From Aulosira sp. ZfuVER01 (GTDB taxonomy: Bacteria; Cyanobacteriota; Cyanobacteriia; Cyanobacteriales; Nostocaceae), in contig JAVRCV020000036.1 in the NCBI GenBank assembly GCA_034530615.2, forward strand, positions 64,001 to 128,000: a stretch of 64,000 bases of DNA, written 5' to 3'. Under the pieces are notes generated by a model, which was not told the origin of the DNA, made no database searches, and was given only the letters and a program-made list of their open reading frames with translations. Positions 1 to 10,203 of the stretch are shown here, piece after piece. The position numbers and the translations under genes were made by a program. Numbering within the stretch: position 1 is the stretch's first letter; each line of letters begins with the position of its first letter.

Positions 1-152
1 GGTTCACTGACTGTATCCGCAGCCGGTGGGAAAACAGTATTAGTCAATTTCTGCTGTTGCCAGATTAGCAGAACAATTGCCAACATCAGCAGACCGTTGG
101 TTACTAGCGAGAAAAATCCCCAGATAGGAAAAGTTTTTGCAGAAATGGACAC
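1..152 (-). CDS. 5' part of a membrane-anchored protein running off the window (possibly SGNH/GDSL hydrolase)
   Basis: Manual translation from GTG at 152: (M)SISAKTFPIWGFFSLVTNGLLMLAIVLLIWQQQKLTNTVFPP..., open to the window edge with one TM segment. The family guess is from recollection only. Confidence 0.5.
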   Translation of the reverse strand, partial: MSISAKTFPIWGFFSLVTNGLLMLAIVLLIWQQQKLTNTVFPPAADTVSE

Positions 153-374
153 GACTAGCAAATTTACCAATTATAGGAATTAAATTTGAGCTTCATCAAC
201 CGATTGAATTACGGTGAATTTACGCTACTCAGGTCGATCGCAGCAGTGATTTCCCTGTAGTGCTTGGTATCATAACTCAGAGAAATTAAACTGCGTACAT
301 CTAGAGAAAGTTTTGAGACTTGATTGTAACAGTATCCGAAAACTTGCTACCTGACACTAGGGGTATGAAACCTG

Positions 375-810
375 AGCAGGGAGGAGGTGAAGCAGGGGGA
401 GACAAGGGAGTGTGGGAGAGAGTGGGGAGGAATGGGACAAGGGAGACAAGGAGGATGGGGGAGTGTGGGGAGAGAGGGGAGAAACGAACCACACTTTCTT
501 TATTAGCTCCCCCCCCGTCTCTTTCAAGGGTAGGGATTTAAGAAAGGGGCAATATAGCCAGTAAAATACAGAACTGAAGCCAGACCGCAAAGATAACTAA
601 GGCAGATGCGGCGAAGAATGTCAGAGTGTGGGAGGGAAAATGCAGCTAGGAAAGAATGAGGAATTAAAACAATGGACGAGGACAGTTATACAAACAAATT
701 ACCCTCTCTACTGCCTGATTTTTAATTCCCTACCCTTGAAAGCCCCCCATCTTCCCCATCCTCCCACACTTCCCACACTCCTTGTTTGCCCTATGCCCTA
801 TGCCCAATAA
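375..810. repeat. Purine/pyrimidine-rich short tandem repeats (STRR-like)
   Basis: GGGAGACAAGG/GTGTGGGA units at ~375-480; complementary CTTCCCACAC/CCCCATC and TGCCC(T/A)A units at ~745-810. Confidence 0.7.
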
Positions 811-1171
811 TTAAATTTTTGAGGATGATGTGCCAAACTTGCTCAAATCTGGTAATATCAAATGTCTATTGAGGGACTAAACATAACCTACCTTGAGGAA
901 AGCCGCTTGGCATCTACGTTCAGGCGATAGAGAGTCGTCAAGTGTATGTAAAGTCTGACTCATTAGTAGCTGCAACGGAAATTAAATCGGTGCTTTTGTA
1001 AGTAGCTAAATTATCCCTGCTTGCAGAAGTTGTCCAAATTTCAAGTTGCGATCGCCTAAGTGCTGAATTTAGCACTTTTGTAATTTCAACTTTAATTGTT
1101 TTCTAACATTCGCTCCTCAACATCACACACATCTCAATTCATCGCTTCAACTACTCAATTCGGAGATTGAT

Positions 1172-1648
1172 ATGAAAAAGCTAATTCCATTATTAGTTAG
1201 CGGTATTCTGGTTGTTGGTGCTGTTGGTTGCCAAGATGCAACAAAGACCAGTTCCGATACTTCCACTACAAATGAGGTAAGCAAAACAGCAAAAGAAGCC
1301 TCTCAAAAAACCGCAACTGGGGCTAAAAATGCTACCGAAACTGGCAAAACCGCAGTTAAAGAAACAGGCGATAAAACCAAAACCGCAGTCAAAGAAGCTG
1401 CTGCTAATACCAAGACTGCTGTCAAAGGTGCTGCTGAAAGTACTTCTAAAAGCTTGATTCTCAGCAAATTATCAGAAAAGATCCCTGGTAGCAAGTTAGT
1501 AGTTGAAGACAAAGATGGAGTTGTCACTGTTACAGGCACAGTTCCCACTGAGGCTGATCTGAAGAAAATTGTACCCTTAGTTAAGGAACAAAAAGGTGTT
1601 AAGAGCGTTAAGGTAGAAGCAAAAGCTGCATCTGCAAAAGCTCAATAG
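1172..1648 (+). CDS. BON-domain lipoprotein
   Basis: Lipobox AVGC; K/T/A-rich 11-mer repeats; C-terminal BON motif GVVTVTGTVP...GVKSV. Confidence 0.85.
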   Translation: MKKLIPLLVSGILVVGAVGCQDATKTSSDTSTTNEVSKTAKEASQKTATGAKNATETGKTAVKETGDKTKTAVKEAAANTKTAVKGAAESTSKSLILSKLSEKIPGSKLVVEDKDGVVTVTGTVPTEADLKKIVPLVKEQKGVKSVKVEAKAASAKAQ

Positions 1649-1687
1649 AAAAATTAAAATATCCAACTAAGAGTTTTGTGACCCTCA

Positions 1688-1720
1688 ACAGGACTTACAC
1701 AAAGGTAAGTCCTGTTTTTT
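1688..1720 (+). terminator. Intrinsic terminator
   Basis: ACAGGACTTAC-loop-GTAAGTCCTGT followed by a T-run, between convergent genes. Confidence 0.8.
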
Positions 1721-1733
1721 CTTAGGTATTTAT

Positions 1734-2036
1734 TCAGTCAAAACGATGGTGAATGCGATAGTGAATCGGACGTTCTCTAATGCGATCGCTCCAACGATCT
1801 GAACGACGTATTAAGGGAGGTTGAAAAGTACGATTTGGGTGATTAATCCTAAATCTCAACTCACGCCTAGGATGATTAACCCGATAGTTATATTCTGGGC
1901 GATTACGATCAACTTGATTGTAGCGATCGCTAGGACGATGATATTGAACAAAATCTGCTTTAGCTGGTAGTGCAAAAGCTAACGTTGCAGTTGCAGCAAT
2001 CAAGGTTCCTAGAACTAACGAAGTGAAATGTTTCAT
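1734..2036 (-). CDS. Small secreted Arg-rich hypothetical protein
   Basis: Signal peptide ending AKA; R/H/N/D-rich mature part; GAGGTG RBS upstream. Confidence 0.7.
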   Translation of the reverse strand: MKHFTSLVLGTLIAATATLAFALPAKADFVQYHRPSDRYNQVDRNRPEYNYRVNHPRRELRFRINHPNRTFQPPLIRRSDRWSDRIRERPIHYRIHHRFD

Positions 2037-2136
2037 AATCTCACCTCAATTACACTGCTCTAATTCTATAATCGCAAATCCCAGGAACAGAAATAACAAT
2101 GAGACATAACTCGTAATCTCTTTGCATAATCGCTTG

Positions 2137-4698
2137 CTAACTGCCTGCGCAAATATTACCAAATTTAGGGTTTTTATCTGGACATACCATATTCATAAAA
2201 GAGATTTTGAATTCGGTTCCCTGTTGCCTATTAATCTCGATTGTGCCGTCAATCTGCTTGACCAAGCCATAAACCAAATTTAGCCCTAAGGTTTTAGCTT
2301 GGTTAATCGTAAAATCATGGGGTAGCCCAATGCCATTATCTTGAATAATCAGGGTGGATTTGCATCGGCACAGATTATCAAGAGACTCATAGGAGTGAAA
2401 AAATTTGACTTGAATTTCACCCTCATGTTCGCCAGGGAAAGCGTGTTTTAGTGCATTAGAAACCAGCTCGTTGATAATTAATCCACAGGGTATGATAGTT
2501 TCAATATCTAAACTGGAGTTTTCCAACTGAAGATTAAGTTTAATTTGGTTAGAACTGATGTTGTAAGAATCAAATAGAGAAACTGTTAAATCTCGAATAT
2601 ATTGAGTGAAATTAATATTGGCGAGGTCTTCAGAACGGTATAGCTTTTCATGGACTAAGGCGATCGAAGCGATCCGGTTTTGGCTATCTTGTAAAACGAG
2701 CTTTGCTTGGGAGTTTTGAGTGCGGCGAATCTGCATTTGTAGCAAGCTGCTAACAATGCCGAGATTATTTTTAACGCGATGATGAATTTCCTTTAGCAAA
2801 ACTTCTTTTTCTTGTAGAGAAGCTTTGATATGTTCTTCTGCTTGTTGAAGTTCAGTAATCATCTGATGCAACTGGGCTGTTCGTTCTGTAACCCGGATTT
2901 CTAGTTCTTCCTTAGCTTGTTTCAGCGCTTCTTGAACATATTGGCGTTCCGCTTCGATGCGCTTACGTTCGGTGATTTCCTGACAAACGGTATTGATGCC
3001 AATAACTCGATCGCCATTCTTTAAAGGCAAAAAGCTCTCTAACCAAGTTCGTTGCACTCCAGGTTGAGCTGGAGTTTCGCCACTGATTTCCACATTCAGC
3101 ACTGGTTCTCCCTTTTCGAGAATGGGACACAATACTTCCTCCACAGCGTCAGCGAGTTCTGGTAACACCTCGCGCACTGTGCGACCGATATGTGATTCAA
3201 TCGATACCCCATTCATTTCTGCTAGTCGTTGGTTAATGCGTACAAAGCGGAGGTTGCTGTCTAAAAAGTTTAAACCAATAGGCGCTGACTGGTAGATAGC
3301 TTCAATTTCAGCTAGTTGCTGCTGAAGCTGGATTTGGCTTTCCCGTATGGCTGTTTCTGCCTGCTTGATTGCTGTGATATCCGTCAGAATGCCAACGTAA
3401 CCGACAGTATTACCCCCAGAGTCAACCTCAGGCAAGGCTTGGACGTAGAACCGGACTACGCTGCCATCCGGGCGAATACATTTACCCTCATTATGGTAAA
3501 GCCCTTTTTTTTGACAGTTCTGCGACCATTGCAGCCATTCTCTGGTAAGGCGATCGCTATCTTCAGGATGGAGTGTTTGCACCCATCCCATTCCCAATGC
3601 TGTTTGTGCTGGTCTACCAGTCATTTCGCTCCAGCGATTGTTGACATAGACACAGTTACTATTAGGGTCAAACCGGAAAATAGCAATGGGAGAAGCTTCT
3701 GCCAGGGTGGCAAACAAGCGTTCTCGTTCTCGTAAAGCTTCTTCTACTTGTTTGCGTTGGGTGATATCGGTGAGAATCACTACTGCCCCATGAAAATGGT
3801 TGTCCTTGTCAGTCAAAGGGCGGGCATTTAACACCAGATTTAACACTTGTCCATCTTGGCATTCAAACTCCACCTCTAGCCCTTGATAGCTTTCTCCATG
3901 TATTACCGATGCAATGGAAAAAGGGATTTTGAGAGAGGAACCAGGCTCAAGATTAGTTCTAGCGATCGCTATATCCCCAGTTGTGGGTGCAGAAAAATTA
4001 GACTTACACAAATAAAGGGAGCATCGGCTATCAAAAGGTTGCAAGAGTAAATTTTCGCCCCACAGTTGACAGGCGATCTGGCTGGCACGAATAATTTGTC
4101 CGTTCTGGTCTGTGACTAAAATAGCTTCCCCTGCTTGCTCTAGAATTAAACGCGCCAGTCTTTCTGCGGCAAGAGTCTTTTCATAGTGTTTTTGTGCGGT
4201 TAAATCGGTAATCACAATGCAATTGACCGCAGATTCATCCAGACTGAGATGATTGATCGATAGGTAGACAGGAACCTCGACGGCATCGAGAGTGTTGAGA
4301 AACAGTTCCACAGAATTGCGTTCGCCCTTTTCTACTTGCTGAACTAGTGCTTCAAATAGGGGGATATCTGGGGAAGAAATTAAGCGTTGAAAATCGGAAC
4401 CAATCAGCTTTTCTAACGGTTGCTGCAATAAATTTGCCAAACTTTTGTTGCAGTATAAAATAAACCCTTCGTTTGAAACGATCGCCGCCCCCTGTTGCAT
4501 TTCCTCTACTAACAATCGGTAGGAGTAATCAGCACTCTGGAGGGTAAAAATTCTTTCGCCTTGAGGGGTAGAAATGACCAGCGCATCTATTTCGCCATGC
4601 TGAATCGCTTGCAGGGTTTCCTCACTTGTGGCCAGGCGATCGCGCAGTATTTGAATTTCTGCTAGTAGTTCTGCTCTAGATTTAAGATGATCTTCCAT
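2137..4698 (-). CDS. Multi-PAS sensor histidine kinase (HisKA_2/HWE-like)
   Basis: Four PAS/PAC blocks ending DLT/DIT/DIT/EIT; H-box EIHHRVKNNL; ELVSNALKH, DNGIG and TLGL motifs. Confidence 0.92.
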   Translation of the reverse strand: MEDHLKSRAELLAEIQILRDRLATSEETLQAIQHGEIDALVISTPQGERIFTLQSADYSYRLLVEEMQQGAAIVSNEGFILYCNKSLANLLQQPLEKLIGSDFQRLISSPDIPLFEALVQQVEKGERNSVELFLNTLDAVEVPVYLSINHLSLDESAVNCIVITDLTAQKHYEKTLAAERLARLILEQAGEAILVTDQNGQIIRASQIACQLWGENLLLQPFDSRCSLYLCKSNFSAPTTGDIAIARTNLEPGSSLKIPFSIASVIHGESYQGLEVEFECQDGQVLNLVLNARPLTDKDNHFHGAVVILTDITQRKQVEEALRERERLFATLAEASPIAIFRFDPNSNCVYVNNRWSEMTGRPAQTALGMGWVQTLHPEDSDRLTREWLQWSQNCQKKGLYHNEGKCIRPDGSVVRFYVQALPEVDSGGNTVGYVGILTDITAIKQAETAIRESQIQLQQQLAEIEAIYQSAPIGLNFLDSNLRFVRINQRLAEMNGVSIESHIGRTVREVLPELADAVEEVLCPILEKGEPVLNVEISGETPAQPGVQRTWLESFLPLKNGDRVIGINTVCQEITERKRIEAERQYVQEALKQAKEELEIRVTERTAQLHQMITELQQAEEHIKASLQEKEVLLKEIHHRVKNNLGIVSSLLQMQIRRTQNSQAKLVLQDSQNRIASIALVHEKLYRSEDLANINFTQYIRDLTVSLFDSYNISSNQIKLNLQLENSSLDIETIIPCGLIINELVSNALKHAFPGEHEGEIQVKFFHSYESLDNLCRCKSTLIIQDNGIGLPHDFTINQAKTLGLNLVYGLVKQIDGTIEINRQQGTEFKISFMNMVCPDKNPKFGNICAGS

Positions 4699-4725
4699 TG
4701 TTTAGCCCAGGAGGTTCGTGATGTT

Positions 4726-5079
4726 TTATTTGGGCACAAGGTCTAACCCCAACAATACTTTTTCAGTATTAGATAGATCCCCAATCATCCGTCGCAGAGG
4801 GAGAGGTAGTTCCTTGATCAAGGTAGGGATAGCAACAATATTATCTGTTCCGATCTGTTGAGCCGATTGGTAAACATCAATCACCTCTAACTCATACCGT
4901 CCTTGTAAATAATTTTCACAGAGTAATTTCAGGTTTTCCAGCGCCCGTATTGAACGGGGAGTTGTTCCGGCAATATATAACCGGAGGTAGTAGTTTTGCC
5001 GATCCTGATTGGCGATCGCATCCTCAAAACTTTTAGCCCAATCATCACCTTCTATTTCCAGTGGTATGTCATTCACCAT
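4726..5079 (-). CDS. kaiB: KaiB-family protein (second copy)
   Basis: LRLYIAGTTPRS...EVIDV...PTLIKELPLPLRRMIGDLS..KVLLGLD. Confidence 0.9.
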   Translation of the reverse strand: MVNDIPLEIEGDDWAKSFEDAIANQDRQNYYLRLYIAGTTPRSIRALENLKLLCENYLQGRYELEVIDVYQSAQQIGTDNIVAIPTLIKELPLPLRRMIGDLSNTEKVLLGLDLVPK

Positions 5080-5092
5080 TCAGCCTTCCTCC

Positions 5093-5292
5093 TAATCCCA
5101 TTTTGGATTTTACCTTGTGCAACCACTGCGTTGCGGAGGGAACCTCCGTTGTAGTAAGTGACGTAATTTTAGATTTAGAATTGCTCTCTGTGTCTGGTTT
5201 TGGGAATTCATCTGTTGCATTCTTTCTTCTAATTGGCATTAGGAACCTTTTGACATCTAGCTTTCCTAATTTTCAATTTTGAATTGGTATTA
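5093..5292. mobile_element. MITE-like element with nested SDR between the kaiB genes
   Basis: Ends TAATCCCATT...AATTGGTATTA, same end family as 24782, 35887 and 53221; internal CCACTGCGTTGCGGAGGGAACCTCCG hairpin. Confidence 0.55.
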
Positions 5293-5302
5293 AACTGGTT
5301 AT

Positions 5303-5671
5303 TTATTGCCCAAATTTTCTAATATCAAGTCCCAGTAAAACTTTTTCTTGATTCGATAAATCCCCAATAATTTGCCGAATCGGCACGGGCAGTTTTCTGA
5401 CTAGAGTTGGAATGGCCAGGATCTGATCTTGCTTTGCCAAGTCTGGGTTCTTTAATAAATCAATGACTTCAATTTGATATTGACCGTGGAGGTATTCTTC
5501 ACACAGCTTTTTCAGATTGGCAAAGGCAGTCACCGATTTTGGGGTCTGTCCGGCAACGTAGAGTCGCAGTTGCCAGATCTCAGATCCAGCGGTTTTTAGT
5601 TCGCTGTGTTGATTCATCGCTAGTACTTCCTTATCTTCCAAATGCGCTAGTGCTACTGTGCGGAAGTCCAA
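5303..5671 (-). CDS. kaiB: KaiB-family protein (KaiB2-like)
   Basis: [12 protein letters not shown]...[33 protein letters not shown]. Confidence 0.93.
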   Translation of the reverse strand: MDFRTVALAHLEDKEVLAMNQHSELKTAGSEIWQLRLYVAGQTPKSVTAFANLKKLCEEYLHGQYQIEVIDLLKNPDLAKQDQILAIPTLVRKLPVPIRQIIGDLSNQEKVLLGLDIRKFGQ

Positions 5672-5762
5672 AGTTTAAAGTCCAAAAGCTTATGAATATA
5701 GGCTTTGAAGGCATTTTCATCTGGTTAGTTATTTCTGCCGTCCTGCACTAGCTAGATAGATA

Positions 5763-7481
5763 TTAATCAGCCCAACGCAGCTGTGCCATAGTCTCTTGAT
5801 CCTGGACTACCCTTTCTTCATACAAATCCTCCTCCTGAGTCAGATGCTCGAGTTCTGCTGCTTGTGTCTGCATCTGCATTTGTAAAGCCGCAATCTCAGC
5901 CTGCATGACCTGCCGTTGCTGCTCTAACTCCCGGCGACGGTTGGCTACCTGTTGCTGTTGCCGCAGGCGTGCCTGCTTGTCTGCTGACTCTTGGATGGCC
6001 CGAGCCGTTCCGGTGAGTACCTGGTTATCTCCTAGGTAGACATCGAGCAGTTCCACTCCTTGAGGGGTCAGCAGGAATTCCCGTACCTGGTTGGAGTGTG
6101 CCATCCCACGAGATTTTAAGATTTGCAACAGGCGATTGCGCTCGCCGTTGCTTTCAATTACCCGCAGTTCTAGCCAGGTGTCCATCAGCGAAGAGATCCC
6201 AATCTCTGTATGTTCGAGAGGAGTACCTCCGGCAATTAGATTGGTCATCAACACAGTTACCTGTTGCGACTTCAAGTAGTCAATCAGGCGCATAAAAAAG
6301 GCTTTGGCTTGCAGAAGGTTGCCCGCCAAGGTCAGGTTGCTCATGGGATCAATGATCATCGTGCTTGGCTGGAAAGAGTTCAGCCAGCGATGGATCTGTA
6401 CCAGATGCAGTTCTAAGCTGTAGGCAGTGGGACGCAATGCTTGAATTTGGAGCAATTCTTGTTGGATATACGGCTCTAAATCTAAACTGAGCGATCGCAT
6501 ATTGCGGAGAATTTGCTGTGGTGCTTCCTCAAATGCCAGATAAAGACACCGTTCCCCCCGACGACAGGTAGCTTCAGCAAAACAAGCCGCGATCGTACTC
6601 TTGCCTGTGCCAGCCATCCCCGTAATCAAGATACTGCTGCCGCGATAGTAGCCCTGTCCTCGCAGCATCGCATCTAGACGCGGGATACCACTAGAAACGC
6701 GGTCAGTGGAAACGCTATGGTTTAGCCCGATGGAGGTAATCGGTAAGACAGAAATACCATCTTCTTCAATTAAGAACGGATATTCGTTGCTCCCATGTTG
6801 AGAACCTCGATATTTCACAATTTGCATCCGTCGGGTAGACAGTTCCTCATCAACCCGCTGATCCAGGCGAATCACACAATCTGAGACGTATTCCTCTAAG
6901 CCCTGGCGAGTTAGACTATGCTCACCTCGTTCGCCAGTGATCACGGCGGTTACGCCTTTGGTTTTCAGCCAGCGAAACAGACGACGCAGTTCTGCCCGCA
7001 CAATGGCAGCATTGGAGAACCCGGAAAACAACACCTCAATGGTATCTAGGACTACTCGTTTGGCACCAATTTTATCAATCTCATTGCCCAAGCGAATGAA
7101 CAGCCCTTCCAGGTCGTAGTCACCAGTTTCTTGAATCTCAGTTGGGTCAATATAAATACAGTCAATAGCGAGCTGACGTTCTGCCACCAGTTGATCTAAA
7201 TTCCATCCCAGCGAAATGACATTTTGGGACAGTTCTTCCGCAGTCTCTTCAAAGGCGATAAACACCCCCGGTTCCCCGTATTGTGTCGCACCACGAACCA
7301 GAAACTCCATCCCTAGCAAAGTCTTACCGCAACCAGCAGAACCACACACCAGTGTGGGTCGTCCTTGGGGAAGTCCGCCGCCAGTGATTTCGTCTAGTCC
7401 CTCGATTCCTGTAGGGCACTTGGGTAATTGAGTATTGCGGGATTTGATTGCACTGTTGAATTGAACCATAGAATCTAGCAA
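5763..7481 (-). CDS. kaiC: KaiC-family double-domain ATPase (KaiC2-like)
   Basis: Two RecA domains with Walker A GSAGCGKT and GMAGTGKS, AFEE in both, KYRG/KSRG, phosphosite region GISSLMDT, and a C-terminal coiled coil. Confidence 0.95.
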   Translation of the reverse strand: MLDSMVQFNSAIKSRNTQLPKCPTGIEGLDEITGGGLPQGRPTLVCGSAGCGKTLLGMEFLVRGATQYGEPGVFIAFEETAEELSQNVISLGWNLDQLVAERQLAIDCIYIDPTEIQETGDYDLEGLFIRLGNEIDKIGAKRVVLDTIEVLFSGFSNAAIVRAELRRLFRWLKTKGVTAVITGERGEHSLTRQGLEEYVSDCVIRLDQRVDEELSTRRMQIVKYRGSQHGSNEYPFLIEEDGISVLPITSIGLNHSVSTDRVSSGIPRLDAMLRGQGYYRGSSILITGMAGTGKSTIAACFAEATCRRGERCLYLAFEEAPQQILRNMRSLSLDLEPYIQQELLQIQALRPTAYSLELHLVQIHRWLNSFQPSTMIIDPMSNLTLAGNLLQAKAFFMRLIDYLKSQQVTVLMTNLIAGGTPLEHTEIGISSLMDTWLELRVIESNGERNRLLQILKSRGMAHSNQVREFLLTPQGVELLDVYLGDNQVLTGTARAIQESADKQARLRQQQQVANRRRELEQQRQVMQAEIAALQMQMQTQAAELEHLTQEEDLYEERVVQDQETMAQLRWAD

Positions 7482-7608
7482 GGCTGACTCAGTAGAAATG
7501 ACGAAAACCTTCTTCCCATAGCCTTATTTCTACCTTATAGCCTTGTTGTGAAGAAAATTTGAAGAGGGTGGATCGGTTCTTAAATATTTACCAATGTCAT
7601 CGCCACTG

Positions 7609-8457
7609 CTAACTTAACCGCCGTTGAAAAATAATCATCTCATTCCCCACAACCGGATTCCTCGCTACTAGCCTATCTTGAGAATCAACAACTTCTAGAT
7701 GGGTGAAATCGAGTTCCTGAGAGCGCTGTAAGATATCTGCTGCCAATTTATCTTGTTGAGATTGGGTGAGAGTGTACCAATCGTCACTAATTTTGACAGT
7801 GAGATTACTAGTACGAAAATTGGCTTGAATGGATTTTATCAGTCCAGAGGCAATGCGATCGCTAATTTCTGCAACTTGATTTTCGATAGCTGCAATTAAA
7901 GTTTGTTCTGGTGTCAATTGCAAAATTGGCGTTGGTGTTGGTGTGGGTGTGGGTTCCGGTGTTGGCGTTGGTTCTGGTTCCGGTTCCGGTTCCACAGGCG
8001 GAATTTCTGCTGCTGGTGATGGTGTAATTTCTTCTGCTGGTTGAGGTTCTGGCGTTGCTAACTCTGGTGAAGTAGTTACCGTTGGTGTTGGTGTCGGTGA
8101 AGGAACTTCCTCAACTTGGGGAAGCGTTGCTATCTCAGCAGGTTTATTTGTGAAAAAGCTCGTAGTTGTCCAAACTAAAATTACGGCAATACTAGCAATA
8201 ATCCCTGCTAAAGCTGTATCTGACAACTTTGCCGACAAATTTGCTGGTAAAAAACTACGGATTTTAGCTAGCAGTCCCCACCAAAAACCAGGAGATTCCG
8301 CAGTTCCCGGTGGAGGTGCTGTCTCCAGTTTCACCACCGCAGTCTCTAAAATCCTAATTGTCCCTCTGAGAAATTGGATAATAGTAGATTTCCAAAATGG
8401 CTGGTTTCTCTGGTAGGGTCTTTGGGGAGGTTGTGAATTCGGATTGTCTTGCGACAT
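7609..8457 (-). CDS. Conserved cyanobacterial hypothetical membrane protein
   Basis: One TM helix, P/E/T-rich linker, globular C-terminus. Confidence 0.75.
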   Translation of the reverse strand: MSQDNPNSQPPQRPYQRNQPFWKSTIIQFLRGTIRILETAVVKLETAPPPGTAESPGFWWGLLAKIRSFLPANLSAKLSDTALAGIIASIAVILVWTTTSFFTNKPAEIATLPQVEEVPSPTPTPTVTTSPELATPEPQPAEEITPSPAAEIPPVEPEPEPEPTPTPEPTPTPTPTPILQLTPEQTLIAAIENQVAEISDRIASGLIKSIQANFRTSNLTVKISDDWYTLTQSQQDKLAADILQRSQELDFTHLEVVDSQDRLVARNPVVGNEMIIFQRRLS

Positions 8458-8673
8458 GGAAATTTTACCAAGAGCAACGAAATCAAAGATAAATCAAAAC
8501 GGCGATCGTATTATGTCAAATAAAAATCCCCTGCTTGGAAGTAGTTTTACTACCATCAAGTCAGAGGATGTTTTTGTTGGAGATTAATTAGTAGAGCATA
8601 GGGTATGAGTAACTAGACAAAGATTACACTCATACCCTCATGTCTAGCGATCGCAACTAATATCTACTCTACT

Positions 8674-9954
8674 TTACTTAAGTGCTTGGGCGATCGCTGC
8701 TGAAAGTGACTCGTTAACTGATTGCTTCAACAAGTCGGCCTTATCGATACGTTCCCACGGCAAGTCTAAATCATTCCGTCCAAAATGACCGTAAGCCGCG
8801 ACGTCCTGATAAAAACGTCCGCCTCTTTCATTTGGTAGGTTACGTAAATTAAAGGTATGGATAATTCCTGCTGGTCGCAGTTCAAAATGCTTTTTGACTA
8901 ATTCCAGCAAGATATCATCATCGACTTTGCCAGTTCCAAAGGTATCCAGAAAAACGCTCACAGGACGCGCTACACCAATAGCATAACTTAGCTGCACTTC
9001 ACATTTATCTGCTAACCCAGCGGCGACAATATTTTTAGCTACATAGCGTGCTGCATAAGCCGCAGAACGGTCTACTTTTGTGGGATCTTTGCCAGAAAAG
9101 GCTCCGCCACCATGACGAGAATAACCACCGTAGGTGTCCACAATGATTTTCCGTCCCGTCAGACCAGAGTCACCTTGAGGCCCACCAATGACAAATTTGC
9201 CAGTGGGGTTGACTAAAAAGCGTGTCTCTTGGTCTGGCTGAATCTCAATATCGCCAAACACAGGCTGAACTACCGCTGTCCACAGATCTTGTTTGATTTT
9301 GGCTTGGACTGCGTCTTCATCCGTGATTTCCCCAATAGTTGCTGTATGCTGTGTGGAAATCAGAATTGTATCAATACCGACAGGACGCCCATCTTCATAG
9401 ATGACGGTAACTTGGGTTTTACCATCAGGGCGCAGGTAGGGTAAATCGCCTGTTTTGCGCACTGCTGCTAGCCGACGCGCAATGCGGTGAGCAAGACAAA
9501 TCGGTAAGGGCATATATTCTGGTGTTTCGTTGCTAGCGAAACCGAACATAATCCCTTGGTCGCCCGCACCAATGGTGTCGAATAGTTCTTCACTATCCTG
9601 CTCGCGGGTTTCGTGAGCAGTGTTAACACCTTGAGCAATATCAGGTGATTGTTCGTCTAAAGCTACTAGTACGCTAGTGCTATTTGCTGAAAAGCCGTTA
9701 TCGGCGTTGGTGTAGCCAATTTCGGCAATTTTCTGGCGGGCAAGATTCACATAATTGACATTGGCTTGGGTAGTAATTTCACCTGTAATTAGCACTAAGC
9801 CAGTATTAACTACTACTTCAGCCGCAACTCGGCTAGTAGGGTCTTGTGTCAGTAAGGCATCAAGAATTGTATCAGAAATCTGATCGCAGATTTTATCTGG
9901 ATGACCTTCGGTAACTGACTCGGAGGTAAATAAATAGCGACGAGACAAAGGCAT
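8674..9954 (-). CDS. metK: S-adenosylmethionine synthetase
   Basis: [28 protein letters not shown]. Confidence 0.99.
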   Translation of the reverse strand: MPLSRRYLFTSESVTEGHPDKICDQISDTILDALLTQDPTSRVAAEVVVNTGLVLITGEITTQANVNYVNLARQKIAEIGYTNADNGFSANSTSVLVALDEQSPDIAQGVNTAHETREQDSEELFDTIGAGDQGIMFGFASNETPEYMPLPICLAHRIARRLAAVRKTGDLPYLRPDGKTQVTVIYEDGRPVGIDTILISTQHTATIGEITDEDAVQAKIKQDLWTAVVQPVFGDIEIQPDQETRFLVNPTGKFVIGGPQGDSGLTGRKIIVDTYGGYSRHGGGAFSGKDPTKVDRSAAYAARYVAKNIVAAGLADKCEVQLSYAIGVARPVSVFLDTFGTGKVDDDILLELVKKHFELRPAGIIHTFNLRNLPNERGGRFYQDVAAYGHFGRNDLDLPWERIDKADLLKQSVNESLSAAIAQALK

Positions 9955-10203
9955 TCCTCCTTCTAAGAGTGTTTCACTGAGCTAAATGTGATTATTTAGC
10001 TCAGTTACTCTAATTTCTGAAATCATAACAATATTTACACATTAAAGAGTTAGTGTGTTCTTAACTTGTCAAAAACTAGTACTGGTATTAAATACTTTGA
10101 TAAAGAAAAATCTAATTTTGGGGCGAAAATGTTTTTTATAACACAAAAAAATGGGGGAATACCCTGAAGCACTCCCCCAAGCTTTGACACAAATACTGCT
10201 GTT

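Noticed and set aside
301..810. Four short ORFs
   Set aside because: They are translations of low-complexity STRR-type repeats with no protein-like features.
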